Source of the DNA: Bacilli bacterium
GTDB taxonomy: Bacteria > Bacillota_I > Bacilli_A > RFN20 > CAG-826
Direction: 5' to 3'
Assembly: GCA_041652475.1 (NCBI GenBank)
Contig: JBAZHG010000002.1
Span: forward strand, 22,591 to 86,590
Length of the DNA stretch: 64,000 nt
The position numbers were made by a program, and so were the translations under genes. Under the pieces are notes generated by a model. That model saw nothing but the letters and a program-made list of their open reading frames with translations. It had not been told where the DNA came from and searched no databases. The first letter of the stretch is position 1. Each line of letters begins with the position of its first letter. This document shows, piece after piece, positions 29,277-40,300 of this stretch.

Positions 29277-31094
29277 ATGAACATTCGCAATATCGCCATT
29301 ATCGCCCACGTTGACCACGGCAAAACCACCATGGTCGACCAATTATTCAAAACCGCTCATCTTTTCCGCGACAACGAAACCGCCTCGGAACGCATGATGG
29401 ACTCGAACGACATCGAACGCGAACGGGGCATCACCATCTTGGCCAAAGCCACCGGAATCCAATACAAAAATTGTCAAATCAACATCATGGATACGCCCGG
29501 CCACGCCGATTTCGGCGGTGAGGTCGAACGGATCATGAACATGGTCGACGGCTGTTTGCTCCTAGTCGATGCTTTTGAAAGCACGATGCCCCAAACCCGT
29601 TTCGTCTTGAAAAAAGCTTTGGAAGCGCGCGTCAAACCAATCGTCGTCATCAACAAGGTCGATCGCCCCAACATCAACGTCCAGGCGACGCTCGACGACG
29701 TTTTGGAATTGTTCATCGCCCTCGACGCCCCCGAGGATTTTCTCGATTTCAAAGTGGCTTACGCCTCCGGACTTTTGGGCACAAGCGGGCTTAAATCCAA
29801 CCTCAGCGACCAAAAGCACGACATGGAGGCCATCCTTGACCTCATCATCAACGAAATACCAAGCCCGCGCGTCAATCCCGGCGGCCACCTTCAATTCCAA
29901 CCGAGCCTCTTCGATTACAACGATTTCGTTGGCCGCATCGGCATCGGGCTGGTCAAGTCCGGGGTCATCGCTTTAGGCCAAAACGTGATCCTATCCCGAC
30001 TTGACGGCAGTCAAAAAGCTTGCAAGATCATGAAATTATTCCGCTTCGTCGGCATCAATCGGATCGAATTGGAACGAGCTTCGGCCGGGGACATCATCGG
30101 CATTGCCGGCATCAGTGACATCAACGTCGGGGAAACATTATGCGAACCCGGATTCGTGGAGCCGCTACCGCCCATCGCCGTGAGCGAACCAACCCTCCAA
30201 ATGACCTTTGCCCCCAACAGCTCACCCTTTTCGGGCCAAGCCGGCAAATTCGTGACCTATCGGCAACTGCAAGCCCGGCTAGAAAAAGAAATCCAGCGCG
30301 ACGTCGCCTTAAAAGTCACCCTCATCGAGGGAAGCGACCGTTTTCTCGTGTCCGGGCGCGGCGAATTGCATCTCGGCATCTTGATTGAAAAGATGCGCCG
30401 CGAAGGCTATGAGATGGAAGTCAGCAAACCGAAAGTCATCATCAAGATGATCGACGGCGCCCCCCACGAACCTTTCGAAGAATTGGTGCTTGACATCCCG
30501 AGTGAACACCTCGGCCTCGTCATGGACGCCATTTCGGAACGGCGCGGGGAGATGATCCACATGGATAACGGCCCGATTAACACCCGTTTAGTCTATGAAA
30601 TATCCGCGGCCGGGCTCATCGGCCTCCACGATCAAATCATGACCTTGACCAAAGGTTACGGTTTGATGAGCCACATCTACAAACGCCATCGCCCTTTGAC
30701 CAATTTTCAGGTCAAAGGCCGGAACCAAGGCGTCCTCGTCGCTTCGGAGATGGGTCAAAGCACCACCTACGCCCTTGAAGGCCTCGAAGCTCGGGGCACG
30801 ATGTTCATCACACCCCAGACACCGGTCTACGCCGGGATGATCGTCGGGGAAAACAAATACGCCCGCGATCTGGTCGTCAACATCGCCAAGCTGAAACCCC
30901 TCACCAATGTCCGCAGTTCCACCAAGGAAGCCAAAGTCGTTTTGAAAGCCGCGCGGTTGATGTCGCTAGAAAACTGCTTGGCGTACTTAAACGACGACGA
31001 ATTATTGGAAATCACCCCGATCGCCTTCCGGATGCGCAAAGCCATCTTGAACAGCGTTGAGCGCAAACGCGCCTCGTTCGACAACGAAGATTGA
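29277..31094 (+). CDS. typA: Translational GTPase TypA/BipA
   Basis: '[21 protein letters not shown]', '[14 protein letters not shown]' and 'NKVDR', with a 605-aa length typical of BipA. Confidence 0.95.
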   Translation: MNIRNIAIIAHVDHGKTTMVDQLFKTAHLFRDNETASERMMDSNDIERERGITILAKATGIQYKNCQINIMDTPGHADFGGEVERIMNMVDGCLLLVDAFESTMPQTRFVLKKALEARVKPIVVINKVDRPNINVQATLDDVLELFIALDAPEDFLDFKVAYASGLLGTSGLKSNLSDQKHDMEAILDLIINEIPSPRVNPGGHLQFQPSLFDYNDFVGRIGIGLVKSGVIALGQNVILSRLDGSQKACKIMKLFRFVGINRIELERASAGDIIGIAGISDINVGETLCEPGFVEPLPPIAVSEPTLQMTFAPNSSPFSGQAGKFVTYRQLQARLEKEIQRDVALKVTLIEGSDRFLVSGRGELHLGILIEKMRREGYEMEVSKPKVIIKMIDGAPHEPFEELVLDIPSEHLGLVMDAISERRGEMIHMDNGPINTRLVYEISAAGLIGLHDQIMTLTKGYGLMSHIYKRHRPLTNFQVKGRNQGVLVASEMGQSTTYALEGLEARGTMFITPQTPVYAGMIVGENKYARDLVVNIAKLKPLTNVRSSTKEAKVVLKAARLMSLENCLAYLNDDELLEITPIAFRMRKAILNSVERKRASFDNED

Positions 31095-31178
31095 TATTTA
31101 TCAATTATCATTAATTTCATTTGTGTTTGTTTTGTCGACGCGACATAGTATCCTAATCAATAAAAGGAAACCGTCTTT

Positions 31179-33347
31179 ATGAAAAAATCGTTGATCGCCC
31201 TCGTTTTATCATTGGCCGTTTTGTCGGGCTGTTCCAGCCTATCAAGCGGCTCACTCGAATCAGAATCGTCCGATTCGGCCACTTCACTGACCGAAAGCGG
31301 CACTTCGGGCACCGATACCGAAACGAGTTCTGAGGGAACCGATAGCTCATCAAGCTCGGAATCGTCCTCGTCGGAGTCGAGTTCTAGCTCCAGTTCCTCA
31401 TCCAGTTCTTCATCCAGTTCTTCCTCGGAAACGAGCTCCAGTTCCTCTTCTTCGTCCAGCTCCTCGTCGGAAAGTTCCTCTTCTTCGTTTGAAGAAGAAC
31501 CGATTCAGCAAACCCTGACCATTTCCCGCGACACGTGGCCGAGCCTCGGAGCCTATCCCGGCACCGGCGTCGCCACCGACGTTTCGTTTGGGGGTTTGGC
31601 CTTCAAATACCTCCAAGCCGGTAGTTACACCGATGGATACATTCAAGGCAAAAAGAACGAATTCCAAATCTACAACGTCGACAGTTTGACCCATATCGAT
31701 CAAATCGTCATGACCTTGAGGGATGCGGCGCTCTCCTCAATGTATGCCGGAAATTCATCCGAGCCGACCGCCACCACGATTACCCCTTCGATTAGCGGCA
31801 CGGTCTACACCTTTAATTTTTCCGTCGGCAATTATTCGTACTTCAACCTGAAGAACGGCAGCGCGGCCATCTATATCCAGAGCCTCGTCATCACCTATAC
31901 CGCCTCGGGCGGTACCACGATTCCGGATACCGGCGACGGATTTTACCAGACGACCTCCGCGTCGATTTCCCGCGATGACTATAAACAAGCGGCCGAAATC
32001 TTCAGTCTTGGCCACGTCGGGACCCAGAAACTTCTGGTCATCCCGGTCGTCTTCACCGATTACGCCATGAGCGGCAGCGCCATGACGTCCTGGGTCGAGA
32101 AACTCGATGCGATGTTCTTCGGCGAGGCCGAAGACACCGGCTGGGAATCGGTCAGTTCCTATTATGAAAAATCTAGTTATGGCAAATTGCACCTGACCGG
32201 GACCGTCACCCCGTTTTATAGCCCTGGCGTGACGACGACCGCTTTCAGCCAATGGGACGACGCCCGCAATCCGGAGCTAGCCGGTTATTACGACCCGACC
32301 TGGACTTTGCTTGAAAACGCCGTCGCCTGGTATAAGAGTTTCATCGGCTCGTCGCTAACCGAATATGACACCGACTCCGATGGTTATATCGACGCCGTTT
32401 GGCTCGTCTACGCCAACCCCTACAGCGACGGGAGCATCTACGGCGACGATCGCGACGACTTTTTCTGGGCCTATACCTATTGGGATTATGACAATTACTA
32501 CGAAGAATACATCGAGACCGACCCGGCCACGATGACTTACGCCTGGGCGAGCCTCCATTTCATGTCCGAAGGTTACGGCGACGCCTTTAGCGAAGTCGAC
32601 GCCCATACGTTCATCCATGAAACCGGGCATATCCTCGGACTCGACGATTACTACACCTACGATTACGACGATTACGGGGCCGCCGGCGGCCTCGACATGA
32701 TGGACTACAACGTGCTTGACCACAACGCCTACACCAAATACTTGATGGAATGGACCAATCCGATCGTCGTCGACAACAGCAAGGCCAACTTTTCAATCAC
32801 GCTCGATCCGTTCGAAAGTTCCGGCGACTTCGTCTTGATTAACAACTTCTGGAACGGTTCGCCCTACGACGAATACCTCTTGCTGGAGTTTTACACCCCG
32901 ACCGGCTTGAACCAGTCCGATTCATCCGAAGAATACGCTAACGGGGTCCAAGGCTTCACCGTCCCGGGCGTGAAGATCTACCATATCGATAGCCGGCTTG
33001 GAAAATACAGCGCCAGCACCGGGGTCTTCTCGTCTTACACCGACACCTTGTCGATGTCGAGCAGCTATTATCCTTTCGTCGCCATGAGCAACACCGCTTC
33101 CTCCAGCCAAGAGGAAGATTATAAACTCGTGCATCTAATCGACAAAGGCCACGACGTCTATTTCTCGTCGACCGGCATTGCCGACAACGGCTCCTTGTTC
33201 GTCCAAGGCGACTCCTTCTCCCCGGCCGCCTATTCAAGTTCCTTCCCCGAAAGCGGACGCTTCAACGACTTCGGGGCCATTGGCTATAGCATTTTCTTCA
33301 CTTCGATTACGAGCGAGCAAGCCGTCATCCAAATCAACCGCATCTAG
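31179..33347 (+). CDS. Surface lipoprotein, M6 (InhA-like) zinc metalloprotease family candidate
   Basis: Lipobox 'AVLSGC', then a ~100-aa Ser/Thr/Glu linker. The zinc motif is 'FIHETGHILGLDDYY' (HExxH...LGL.D.Y, as in M6 peptidases). Confidence 0.6.
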   Translation: MKKSLIALVLSLAVLSGCSSLSSGSLESESSDSATSLTESGTSGTDTETSSEGTDSSSSSESSSSESSSSSSSSSSSSSSSSSETSSSSSSSSSSSSESSSSSFEEEPIQQTLTISRDTWPSLGAYPGTGVATDVSFGGLAFKYLQAGSYTDGYIQGKKNEFQIYNVDSLTHIDQIVMTLRDAALSSMYAGNSSEPTATTITPSISGTVYTFNFSVGNYSYFNLKNGSAAIYIQSLVITYTASGGTTIPDTGDGFYQTTSASISRDDYKQAAEIFSLGHVGTQKLLVIPVVFTDYAMSGSAMTSWVEKLDAMFFGEAEDTGWESVSSYYEKSSYGKLHLTGTVTPFYSPGVTTTAFSQWDDARNPELAGYYDPTWTLLENAVAWYKSFIGSSLTEYDTDSDGYIDAVWLVYANPYSDGSIYGDDRDDFFWAYTYWDYDNYYEEYIETDPATMTYAWASLHFMSEGYGDAFSEVDAHTFIHETGHILGLDDYYTYDYDDYGAAGGLDMMDYNVLDHNAYTKYLMEWTNPIVVDNSKANFSITLDPFESSGDFVLINNFWNGSPYDEYLLLEFYTPTGLNQSDSSEEYANGVQGFTVPGVKIYHIDSRLGKYSASTGVFSSYTDTLSMSSSYYPFVAMSNTASSSQEEDYKLVHLIDKGHDVYFSSTGIADNGSLFVQGDSFSPAAYSSSFPESGRFNDFGAIGYSIFFTSITSEQAVIQINRI
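31341..31487 (+). repeat. Poly-serine low-complexity coding tract
   Basis: The tract translates to '...DSSSSSESSSSESSSSSSSSSSSSSSSSSETSSSSSSSSSSSSESSSSS'. The DNA is degenerate TCN/AGY triplet repeats. Confidence 0.9.
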
Positions 33348-33367
33348 CGGATGATCCCGGTTAAATT

Positions 33368-33405
33368 AAAAAGTGGTCTGATTAAAATAATCATGCCACT
33401 TTTTT
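33368..33405. terminator. Bidirectional rho-independent terminator between convergent genes
   Basis: An A5 run, the stem GTGGTCTGATT/AATCATGCCAC (2x2 internal mismatch, 5-nt loop), then T6. Confidence 0.6.
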
Positions 33406-33412
33406 AATCGAG

Positions 33413-34597
33413 TTAAGCGACGACCGGAGTTTGCCAAATGGTAACCGTGTCGTTGACTTGGGTAGGACCCGGCGCAATGGCTAAAGCCCGATTGGCTAAA
33501 TTATCACCATTGTAGGCTTCCCAACAATATGAAGTTGGGGTTTTTAAAATATATTTGTAAGATATGTTGGTTTTGGCAATGAAAGAAGTGAATGTCGCCG
33601 AATAAACTAGATTGTTATTTTCGCTCTTGGTGAGTTTATAGCTGGGGTCGGTGACCGTCCAATTGTTGAATGATCCTACAAGGTATACTTCATAACCCTC
33701 GCCTAGAACTTGGGGAATGGTAACCGTGAAAGATACGACCGCCGGTAAAACTTCATTGACCGTAATTTGGATGTCGGCCTCAGCCCCATTACTACAATGA
33801 GCCTCGATGGTAGCCACTCCCACCGCGAGCCCGGAAATGGTGCCATTGGATCCGACGTAAACGGTATCCGGATTCGAACTTGAAAAAGTTATCATGTCAC
33901 TATCATCAAGACGAGGCAACCGAACCAATGTAAGTGTTCGCGATTCGCCTTGATCGATAAATAAGCTCGGACCCTCTTCAAAATATATGGCCGGAAGTAC
34001 TTCAATGTAGCAATAAGCTGGTATGTAACCATGTTTGGAGACCGTGATTGTCGCTACGCCAACATTCATTGGTGAAATTAACCCATTTTCTATTAAAATG
34101 AGGCCTGACACTGAAACCGAATAGATTAGATTCGTGGCTAGACCGGTGCTTAAACTGGCATCTAGTTGATAAACATCATCCATTTTTAAGGATATCGACG
34201 AAGTATTGAGAAGAATATAGCCAATGATGCTTTCGGTGTATTCGCATTCAAGGATTTCACTCCAGTAACTCGAAAGAAAGTTCGTTTCGCTATTGGCTAA
34301 AGCCCGAATTCTTACCGAATAGGTGCCATATTCCTCAAATTCGTATTCATTGTCGATAACCAATAATGACGCCGAATCAATCTCAAGTTCATATTTTTCA
34401 GCATGAGCAATCGCATCCCAAGATAATAATCCGGCTTCGTCATAAACCAAAATTGGGGTTGCCAATCTCGTGATGATTTCTTCAGAACTAGAATATTCCG
34501 AATTGGATTGGTCACTTATGCTTGAACTGTTTCCACAGCCAACGATTGATAAAACAGTAATGACTAATGCCAATGCTTTGATGTGTGTTCGATTCAT
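33413..34597 (-). CDS. Surface lipoprotein: Fn3-like + two Big_2 Ig-like domains + C-terminal CBM48-like module
   Basis: ATG 34597 lies 5 nt after AGGAG. Lipobox 'SIVGC'. 'LLSWDAIAHAEKYELEID' is the Fn3-like repeat. Big_2-like segments include 'GVATITVSKHGY' and 'GVATIEAHCSNG'. The C-terminus 'GYEVYLVGSFNNWTV...ISYKYIL' resembles the AMPK-beta/CBM48 glycogen-binding module. Confidence 0.7.
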   Translation of the reverse strand: MNRTHIKALALVITVLSIVGCGNSSSISDQSNSEYSSSEEIITRLATPILVYDEAGLLSWDAIAHAEKYELEIDSASLLVIDNEYEFEEYGTYSVRIRALANSETNFLSSYWSEILECEYTESIIGYILLNTSSISLKMDDVYQLDASLSTGLATNLIYSVSVSGLILIENGLISPMNVGVATITVSKHGYIPAYCYIEVLPAIYFEEGPSLFIDQGESRTLTLVRLPRLDDSDMITFSSSNPDTVYVGSNGTISGLAVGVATIEAHCSNGAEADIQITVNEVLPAVVSFTVTIPQVLGEGYEVYLVGSFNNWTVTDPSYKLTKSENNNLVYSATFTSFIAKTNISYKYILKTPTSYCWEAYNGDNLANRALAIAPGPTQVNDTVTIWQTPVVA

Positions 34598-34605
34598 AAC
34601 GTCTC

Positions 34606-36540
34606 CTAATACTGTGAGTGCAAGAAATCCTGCGGTTGTTCTAACTGAAGAAGATGAAAATAGCATTGCACATATATTTTTTGGTTCATCGTTAAAGCAT
34701 CGTAGGCTAGTCGGACTTGCTGTATCTCATGACTTGATGAATTGGAGGTTAATGACGTAATCAATGCATCGACATCAGCCGCCGATTGACGATCGTTGTA
34801 TTCAATGCGGCATTGGGTATATTTGGAGTAGTTTTCGACAAATGTCTTTGCGATGTTCGTCAAAGCGTTATATTTAATCAAAATATTATCTAGATGATTT
34901 AAATAAGCCGCGTTTAAACGAACCGGTTCAAGTTCGCCTATTAGTTGAACCACTTCTCGAGCGGTTTGATAAGCGTCGACATTTGTGTAATTAGCGAATG
35001 ATTGTATTTTGTCGACCGCTTCGTCGGATATTTTGTCCAACTCATTTTGAGACAAATGTTCAAAATAAGACATCGTCGCCGCCAATTGATATTTAATACC
35101 GCTAGAATAGGCGTTTGGTAACGATTGGATTTGTTTTTCGGCTTGCTTTGCGGTGTATTTCTTAACACCAAAGTAATCATATAAAACGACTTCATCATTG
35201 GTTAATACTTCATAAGCTTTATAAAGCATCCGGTCTTCCTGGAACGATAAATATCCGAACATAGGCAAATATGGTTGTTGGTTGAGATATAAACCATTAA
35301 TATTGGACGTGGCCAAATGATAATAATCCATTAATTCGCTGTTGTCAGCATTTGGGGATAAATTGGCTTCATGAGCGGCAACCGTGTTTGGAATCACATA
35401 GTAGGTCCCAGGGTTAACGGCATATTCATATGAGAAATTGTCTTGAACAAACGCAACTTTTTCATACTGTGTTGAGGGTGTTTTGCCATCACTATCCCAT
35501 AAATACGGTTCCGTCCGGGCATAAACATGGTCATGGCCTTGCAACACTAAATCGACATCGTACTCACTGATGATCGGATACAACTGATTGCGTAGGAGTT
35601 CAATGTCGCTCTCCTTATAATGGCGGCCGGTCGTGTACAACCCTTTATGCAAAGCGAGTATTTTCCAAGTGGCATTTGTGGTAGCCAGATCATTCTCAAG
35701 CCAATCTATTTGGGCTTGGGCTAAAGGAGCCGACGTCGTCAGTTCATCATTGGTGTTGACAACCGCAACATGGATATCGCTAACGTCATACGAATAATAG
35801 AAGCCATTAAGCGTCGCCGATTCATCTGGCAATTCAGCATTGAAATGGTTATAAAACATGTGTTCAGCTTGATCGTGATTGCCGGATACCGGTGTCAAAG
35901 GTGTCGTTGTCAATTGGTCAGCTATGGCGTTTAGATTATAACCCCATTCCTTGATATTGGTCGCGGGGTTTTTATAAGTTTGAGAAAAATCGCCAGTGCA
36001 AATAAGACTGTCGGGAGCGCCAATTTTATCATAAGCAATATCAATCGTTCTCGCTAAATAAGCATAGTCATTATAACTATATCCTTGGGGGTCGGTGTAG
36101 TGCAGGAATTCAAACGAGTCATCGCCATCCGAAACTTCAAATTCAAAGATTGATGTCGATGTGGCATTGGCCGTTATCCGATAATAATATGAGGCCTTGT
36201 ACTCTAAATCGGTGACGTGGGCTTTCCAAGCGCGATGACCAGTATAAAAATCATTATATGTACCATCAATAGAGACGGCGTTGTTCCAGTCGATGCCACT
36301 AGAAACTAAACCCGGTTCTTTTTTGATTAATTGAAAAGCGCTGACGGTCACCGTCGTATCGGTTAACCAATTAAGACCTCGAGAATTGATCTTCCCATCG
36401 TAATACAACATCGTGATGCGGGAAGGAATCCCCGACACAATGCCATCGTCAGCATTGGCTTTCGTAAAAGAAGTCAAATGCTGATTGGAAATGATTAAGA
36501 CGAATAAGCCCGTCAGCGCTATTTGGGTAATCTTTCTCAT
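34606..36540 (-). CDS. Secreted calcineurin-like metallophosphoesterase with purple-acid-phosphatase-like N-terminal domain and helical C-terminal region
   Basis: ATG 36540 gives a signal-like 'MRKITQIALTGLFVLIISNQ...ANA'. Motifs are 'FLHYTDPQG', 'CTGDFSQ', 'VSGNHD', 'ALHKGLYTTGRH' and 'VLQGHDHVYART'. Confidence 0.8.
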   Translation of the reverse strand: MRKITQIALTGLFVLIISNQHLTSFTKANADDGIVSGIPSRITMLYYDGKINSRGLNWLTDTTVTVSAFQLIKKEPGLVSSGIDWNNAVSIDGTYNDFYTGHRAWKAHVTDLEYKASYYYRITANATSTSIFEFEVSDGDDSFEFLHYTDPQGYSYNDYAYLARTIDIAYDKIGAPDSLICTGDFSQTYKNPATNIKEWGYNLNAIADQLTTTPLTPVSGNHDQAEHMFYNHFNAELPDESATLNGFYYSYDVSDIHVAVVNTNDELTTSAPLAQAQIDWLENDLATTNATWKILALHKGLYTTGRHYKESDIELLRNQLYPIISEYDVDLVLQGHDHVYARTEPYLWDSDGKTPSTQYEKVAFVQDNFSYEYAVNPGTYYVIPNTVAAHEANLSPNADNSELMDYYHLATSNINGLYLNQQPYLPMFGYLSFQEDRMLYKAYEVLTNDEVVLYDYFGVKKYTAKQAEKQIQSLPNAYSSGIKYQLAATMSYFEHLSQNELDKISDEAVDKIQSFANYTNVDAYQTAREVVQLIGELEPVRLNAAYLNHLDNILIKYNALTNIAKTFVENYSKYTQCRIEYNDRQSAADVDALITSLTSNSSSHEIQQVRLAYDALTMNQKIYVQCYFHLLQLEQPQDFLHSQY

Positions 36541-36542
36541 TT

Positions 36543-39500
36543 TCAACTCGCAATAACGCCAATCTCGTATGCGCTTCCTGCAATTGTGATTGTGGCGGTT
36601 TGCGCAACTTCTTCCACCATCCATAAAGACATCTCATCAAGAGTTAATGTCAATAAATCATCAATGGTTAAAGTGGTGGTGGAACGAAGAAGCGAATCTG
36701 CCAAAGTCGCTCGAGTCGACACATCGCTTTCAGTCATGAGAATGACTCCGCTAGAAGTAACGACATTAGTCGTATTGCCGCTATCGAATTTCACCGAAGA
36801 ACTACTGGCGTGTTTATTCGTGTAATTGGCTTCGATCACGGTATTCTTGATGTTGGTTACTGGCATATTATTACCAACTAGAGCCCCGGCATTACTCCAC
36901 CAACCGGATACGTTGAATTTGATATAACTGTTTTTGATTGTCAAGGCTTCATTGGTGCCCGCTTGGAAAGTGCCAAAGATAGCACCGATGTTACTTTGGG
37001 CTTTTTCCGTTCGAACCACATTATGGGTGTAGTCGACATAAACGTGATCGAGCGTGATATTGATGTTGTTGTCGGTCGCATCTTTATAGTTGCCAAATAC
37101 GCCACCTTGCGTCGATGAGGAATTGCTGAAAAGCGTCTGAGCCACGATGTTCACGAAAGCGACGTTGATGACTTTGACTTTTGCGTTTGCGGCTACGGTG
37201 GAGGCTAATATGGCTATGTTGCCGCCTCCGGCCGTAATCGTGCAATCCATGAAGGACAGGTTACGAACGATTGCGCCATTGCCAATCGTTCTAATCAAAG
37301 CCGAGTTCGCCGAAGTAAAGGCTAAATCCGATAAGACGTGATTATTTCCGTCGATGATTCCGGTGAAGGTCAAGGTGCTCGCCGTGGTATAAGCGGCCAG
37401 GTTAATATCGTTGGCGATGTCAATATAACCGACGTTAGCGTTAATGGCGTCTCTTAGTTCGGTCGCCGTGGTCACTTCAAATTTGTTCGCGAAAATGACT
37501 TCGTTTGATAGATAACTGTTGATATTGGTAATATTGTCGGCAACCGCTATAACTTGAATGTGGTATTCGCCATAGGCATAGCTCGACAAATCAATCGATA
37601 GATTTGTGATGACACCGCCAGAGGCGGCGTCGTTGACATAGACTTGATAACCAACGGCTCCCGCTACGGCGGTCCATAAGGCCGTAGTTCCATCGAGAGT
37701 TATCGTTGTTTGAGGCAAAGGATCCAACACGATTGGTTCAATCGTGACAGTCATTAATTCGCTCGGATCGCTATTGACGATGTCATAGCCGTTGCCAACG
37801 GCAACTACTTGAATCGTATGATCGCCAACGGCAAAGGCGGCGAAATCATAAATGCGCGTTGCCATCGCCACGGGATCTCCACCATCAATGGTCACTAAAT
37901 AACCACGCGCTCCGAGAACTGTAGCCCACGTGACGACATATTCGTTTTTTTCAAGAATCGGTGTCGCCAATTTGCTTTCGGGCGCTTTTTCAACCTCGTG
38001 GCTGCTTCCGTTGACAAGTATCGACAACACATTGTCTTCGGTATCAAAACTGAAGACGCCTTCACTGTCGGAAATAAGATCGGCGACTGATAATGCCGTG
38101 ATTTGATTAACATCGCTGACAATGACTGATCCAAAGTTCGCATTTGTGCACGTGTACGATAAATATATTACGTTGTCTTCGGTCCAAACAAGGGTAGTAT
38201 CACTACGTTTGCTTCCGATATCAAGATAGAAATTGGAGCCGATATTACTGCCATTTTCTTTTTCGGCATGGACGACGACGTTTGTTAAGCTAACGACTCC
38301 GCTGCCTTGACCAATTAAACCGCCGGCATTACCGAAGTTACCCGTCACATAGATATCAACAAAGACGTTGGTCATTGTTAATGCTTTGCTCGAAGCCGAA
38401 ACGAAGGTGCCAAAAATCGCACCGATGTTCCAAGTCTGAGTTGCTCGAGTAATATCAAGACGATAATCAATGTAGGTGTTGTCGATGATCAATTCAAGCG
38501 AAGAATCGGACGCATAATTGTATTCGCCGAATAAACAAGCGGCCGTGGATCGAGATGAGCCATCAATGGCGGCATTCATATAAGTGTTTTCAAATGCGAC
38601 GTTTCGAATAATTACCCGGGCATCTTTTTCCAAATCCGAAGATAGAATCGTATTCTTGGCGCCACTAAAGCCCGTAGCCGTTACATCGGCAATCGTCATG
38701 TTCTTAATAACGGCGTGGTTTCCAAGTTTCTTGAAAATGCCTGTTCCGCCACCCGAGAGTGTCAGTTCGTATAATTTGTGATGATTGCCGTCTAGCGTTC
38801 CCGTAAAGATCGTCTCAATCCGCGTCCAAGCACCGCCGACACGAATATCATTGTCTAATACGATGTATTCATCGTTAGCCGATAAAGCTGCTTGAAGTTC
38901 GGTTGCGGTCGTTACATGAGTACGCACGGCGTTGAGCGGCAAATTCAATAAATCATATATGTGTGAATTGCCAACGACTTCTTCGTTCAATGTGCAGACC
39001 AACACGAAGTAAACGTTGATATCTTCACCGCGAGGCGCGCCGAGATCCATCAGTATATCTTGATTGCCGGCAACGATAGCGGCTTGATGGGCATCGACTG
39101 CGGATATAACGTCACTATACGAAGCGGGTTCTTCATCAAGCCAGGCATAATATAACGTTCCATCATAAGCTGATGTAACTGACATGATATTGTTAGCCGG
39201 TGTAACTTTGTCATATGAAGCGATAGTGACGGTAATGGTCGGACGATCAAGAATCGTGACCTGTTGGGTCGCTACAACTTCATTTTCCAAATCAAGAACG
39301 GCTTCAATCGTCACGGAACCGACTTCCAAGGTCGTTAATTGACCCGAAGATGCATCAATCGTGGCCGCGCTACCGGAAACGATACTCCAAACGACTTCAT
39401 CGTCGATATTTGAAATGTCGCCGCCTAAGGTGTCCGACAAATTAGCCGCATAAGCAAAGCTGTCTCCTAAAAAGACATTGCGATTACCGATTATTTCAAG

Positions 39501-40190
39501 TTCTAGCCGGTCTTTATAGGTGGCTGGATCAATCAATTCGAGGACAATTTCATTTGAAACCGGACTTTCCTTATAAGTCACACTGTCTTCGGGCAAAGCG
39601 CTAACCGTTAGCGTAAAAGTACCATAATCAAAGTCTTCAATCGAAAAATCGAATCCCGTAGTCGGATTGCCGTATGATTCGCTATCAACATAAACTTGAT
39701 AGGAAATGGCGTTGTCGACTGGAAGCCAATAAATCGTTTGATAATCTTCCTTATCAATGATCGGCGCTTCCAGCGGTGAGCGTGGATCCTCATAATTCAA
39801 AGTAACCACGTTTGAGTAATCACTATCGAGATAAACCTCGGCATCACCGCTGATGGCTTTCACTTTAATGACATAAGTACCATAATCGACGACCGAATAA
39901 GTCGTTTCCGTCACCGGAACCTCTACCCCATCGACATCGACCACATAGCTCGCCGCATAAATGACGGCATTCCAGGACACGGTGTCTTCGTCAAGGCTTG
40001 ATAAGACAGGTGTTTCCAATTTTGTAACAATTGGAACACTGGAAATACTGGATACATCAATGGACGTGCTGGTGGATGACGACGGTTCTGACGAATCGCT
40101 CGATTCGGATAAGACGCTCGATCCACAACCGGTCAACATGCCTAAAGCAATGACCAAAACAGTACAAAACGACCAATAATTTTTTTTCAT
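36543..40190 (-). CDS. 1215-aa surface lipoprotein with duplicated [Fn3-like x2 + beta-helix] architecture and a Big_2 domain
   Basis: Lipobox 'GMLTGC' plus Ser linker. Fn3-like repeats are 'VSWNAVIYAASYVVDVDG', 'IYWLPVDNAISYQVYVD', 'VTWATVLGARGYLVTIDG' and 'ALWTAVAGAVGYQVYVN'. Two beta-helix entries are 'ATELQAALSANDEYIVLDNDI...FTGTLDGNHHKLYELTL' and 'ATELRDAINANVGYIDIANDI...FTGIIDGNNHVLSDLAF', with 'NAGGLIGQG' / 'NAGALVGNN' turns. Confidence 0.8.
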   Translation of the reverse strand: MKKNYWSFCTVLVIALGMLTGCGSSVLSESSDSSEPSSSTSTSIDVSSISSVPIVTKLETPVLSSLDEDTVSWNAVIYAASYVVDVDGVEVPVTETTYSVVDYGTYVIKVKAISGDAEVYLDSDYSNVVTLNYEDPRSPLEAPIIDKEDYQTIYWLPVDNAISYQVYVDSESYGNPTTGFDFSIEDFDYGTFTLTVSALPEDSVTYKESPVSNEIVLELIDPATYKDRLELEIIGNRNVFLGDSFAYAANLSDTLGGDISNIDDEVVWSIVSGSAATIDASSGQLTTLEVGSVTIEAVLDLENEVVATQQVTILDRPTITVTIASYDKVTPANNIMSVTSAYDGTLYYAWLDEEPASYSDVISAVDAHQAAIVAGNQDILMDLGAPRGEDINVYFVLVCTLNEEVVGNSHIYDLLNLPLNAVRTHVTTATELQAALSANDEYIVLDNDIRVGGAWTRIETIFTGTLDGNHHKLYELTLSGGGTGIFKKLGNHAVIKNMTIADVTATGFSGAKNTILSSDLEKDARVIIRNVAFENTYMNAAIDGSSRSTAACLFGEYNYASDSSLELIIDNTYIDYRLDITRATQTWNIGAIFGTFVSASSKALTMTNVFVDIYVTGNFGNAGGLIGQGSGVVSLTNVVVHAEKENGSNIGSNFYLDIGSKRSDTTLVWTEDNVIYLSYTCTNANFGSVIVSDVNQITALSVADLISDSEGVFSFDTEDNVLSILVNGSSHEVEKAPESKLATPILEKNEYVVTWATVLGARGYLVTIDGGDPVAMATRIYDFAAFAVGDHTIQVVAVGNGYDIVNSDPSELMTVTIEPIVLDPLPQTTITLDGTTALWTAVAGAVGYQVYVNDAASGGVITNLSIDLSSYAYGEYHIQVIAVADNITNINSYLSNEVIFANKFEVTTATELRDAINANVGYIDIANDINLAAYTTASTLTFTGIIDGNNHVLSDLAFTSANSALIRTIGNGAIVRNLSFMDCTITAGGGNIAILASTVAANAKVKVINVAFVNIVAQTLFSNSSSTQGGVFGNYKDATDNNINITLDHVYVDYTHNVVRTEKAQSNIGAIFGTFQAGTNEALTIKNSYIKFNVSGWWSNAGALVGNNMPVTNIKNTVIEANYTNKHASSSSVKFDSGNTTNVVTSSGVILMTESDVSTRATLADSLLRSTTTLTIDDLLTLTLDEMSLWMVEEVAQTATITIAGSAYEIGVIAS

Positions 40191-40300
40191 GATGAATTAC
40201 CTGTCCTTCAAATATTTCGTCATTTTTAAGTATAGTCGTGCTAATATGTAATATATAGAACCAATTCGTATTTTCGTATAGAACCAATAAGAGGTTCATA

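Noticed and set aside
31290-31500. Short tandem-repeat DNA (TCN/AGY triplets). Similar tracts occur at ~1850-1915, ~3345-3430 and ~14755-14930. I considered these as CRISPR arrays or satellite repeats.
   Set aside because: They are in-frame poly-Ser/Glu/Thr linker coding sequence within lipoprotein genes. They lack the repeat-spacer periodicity and there are no cas genes.
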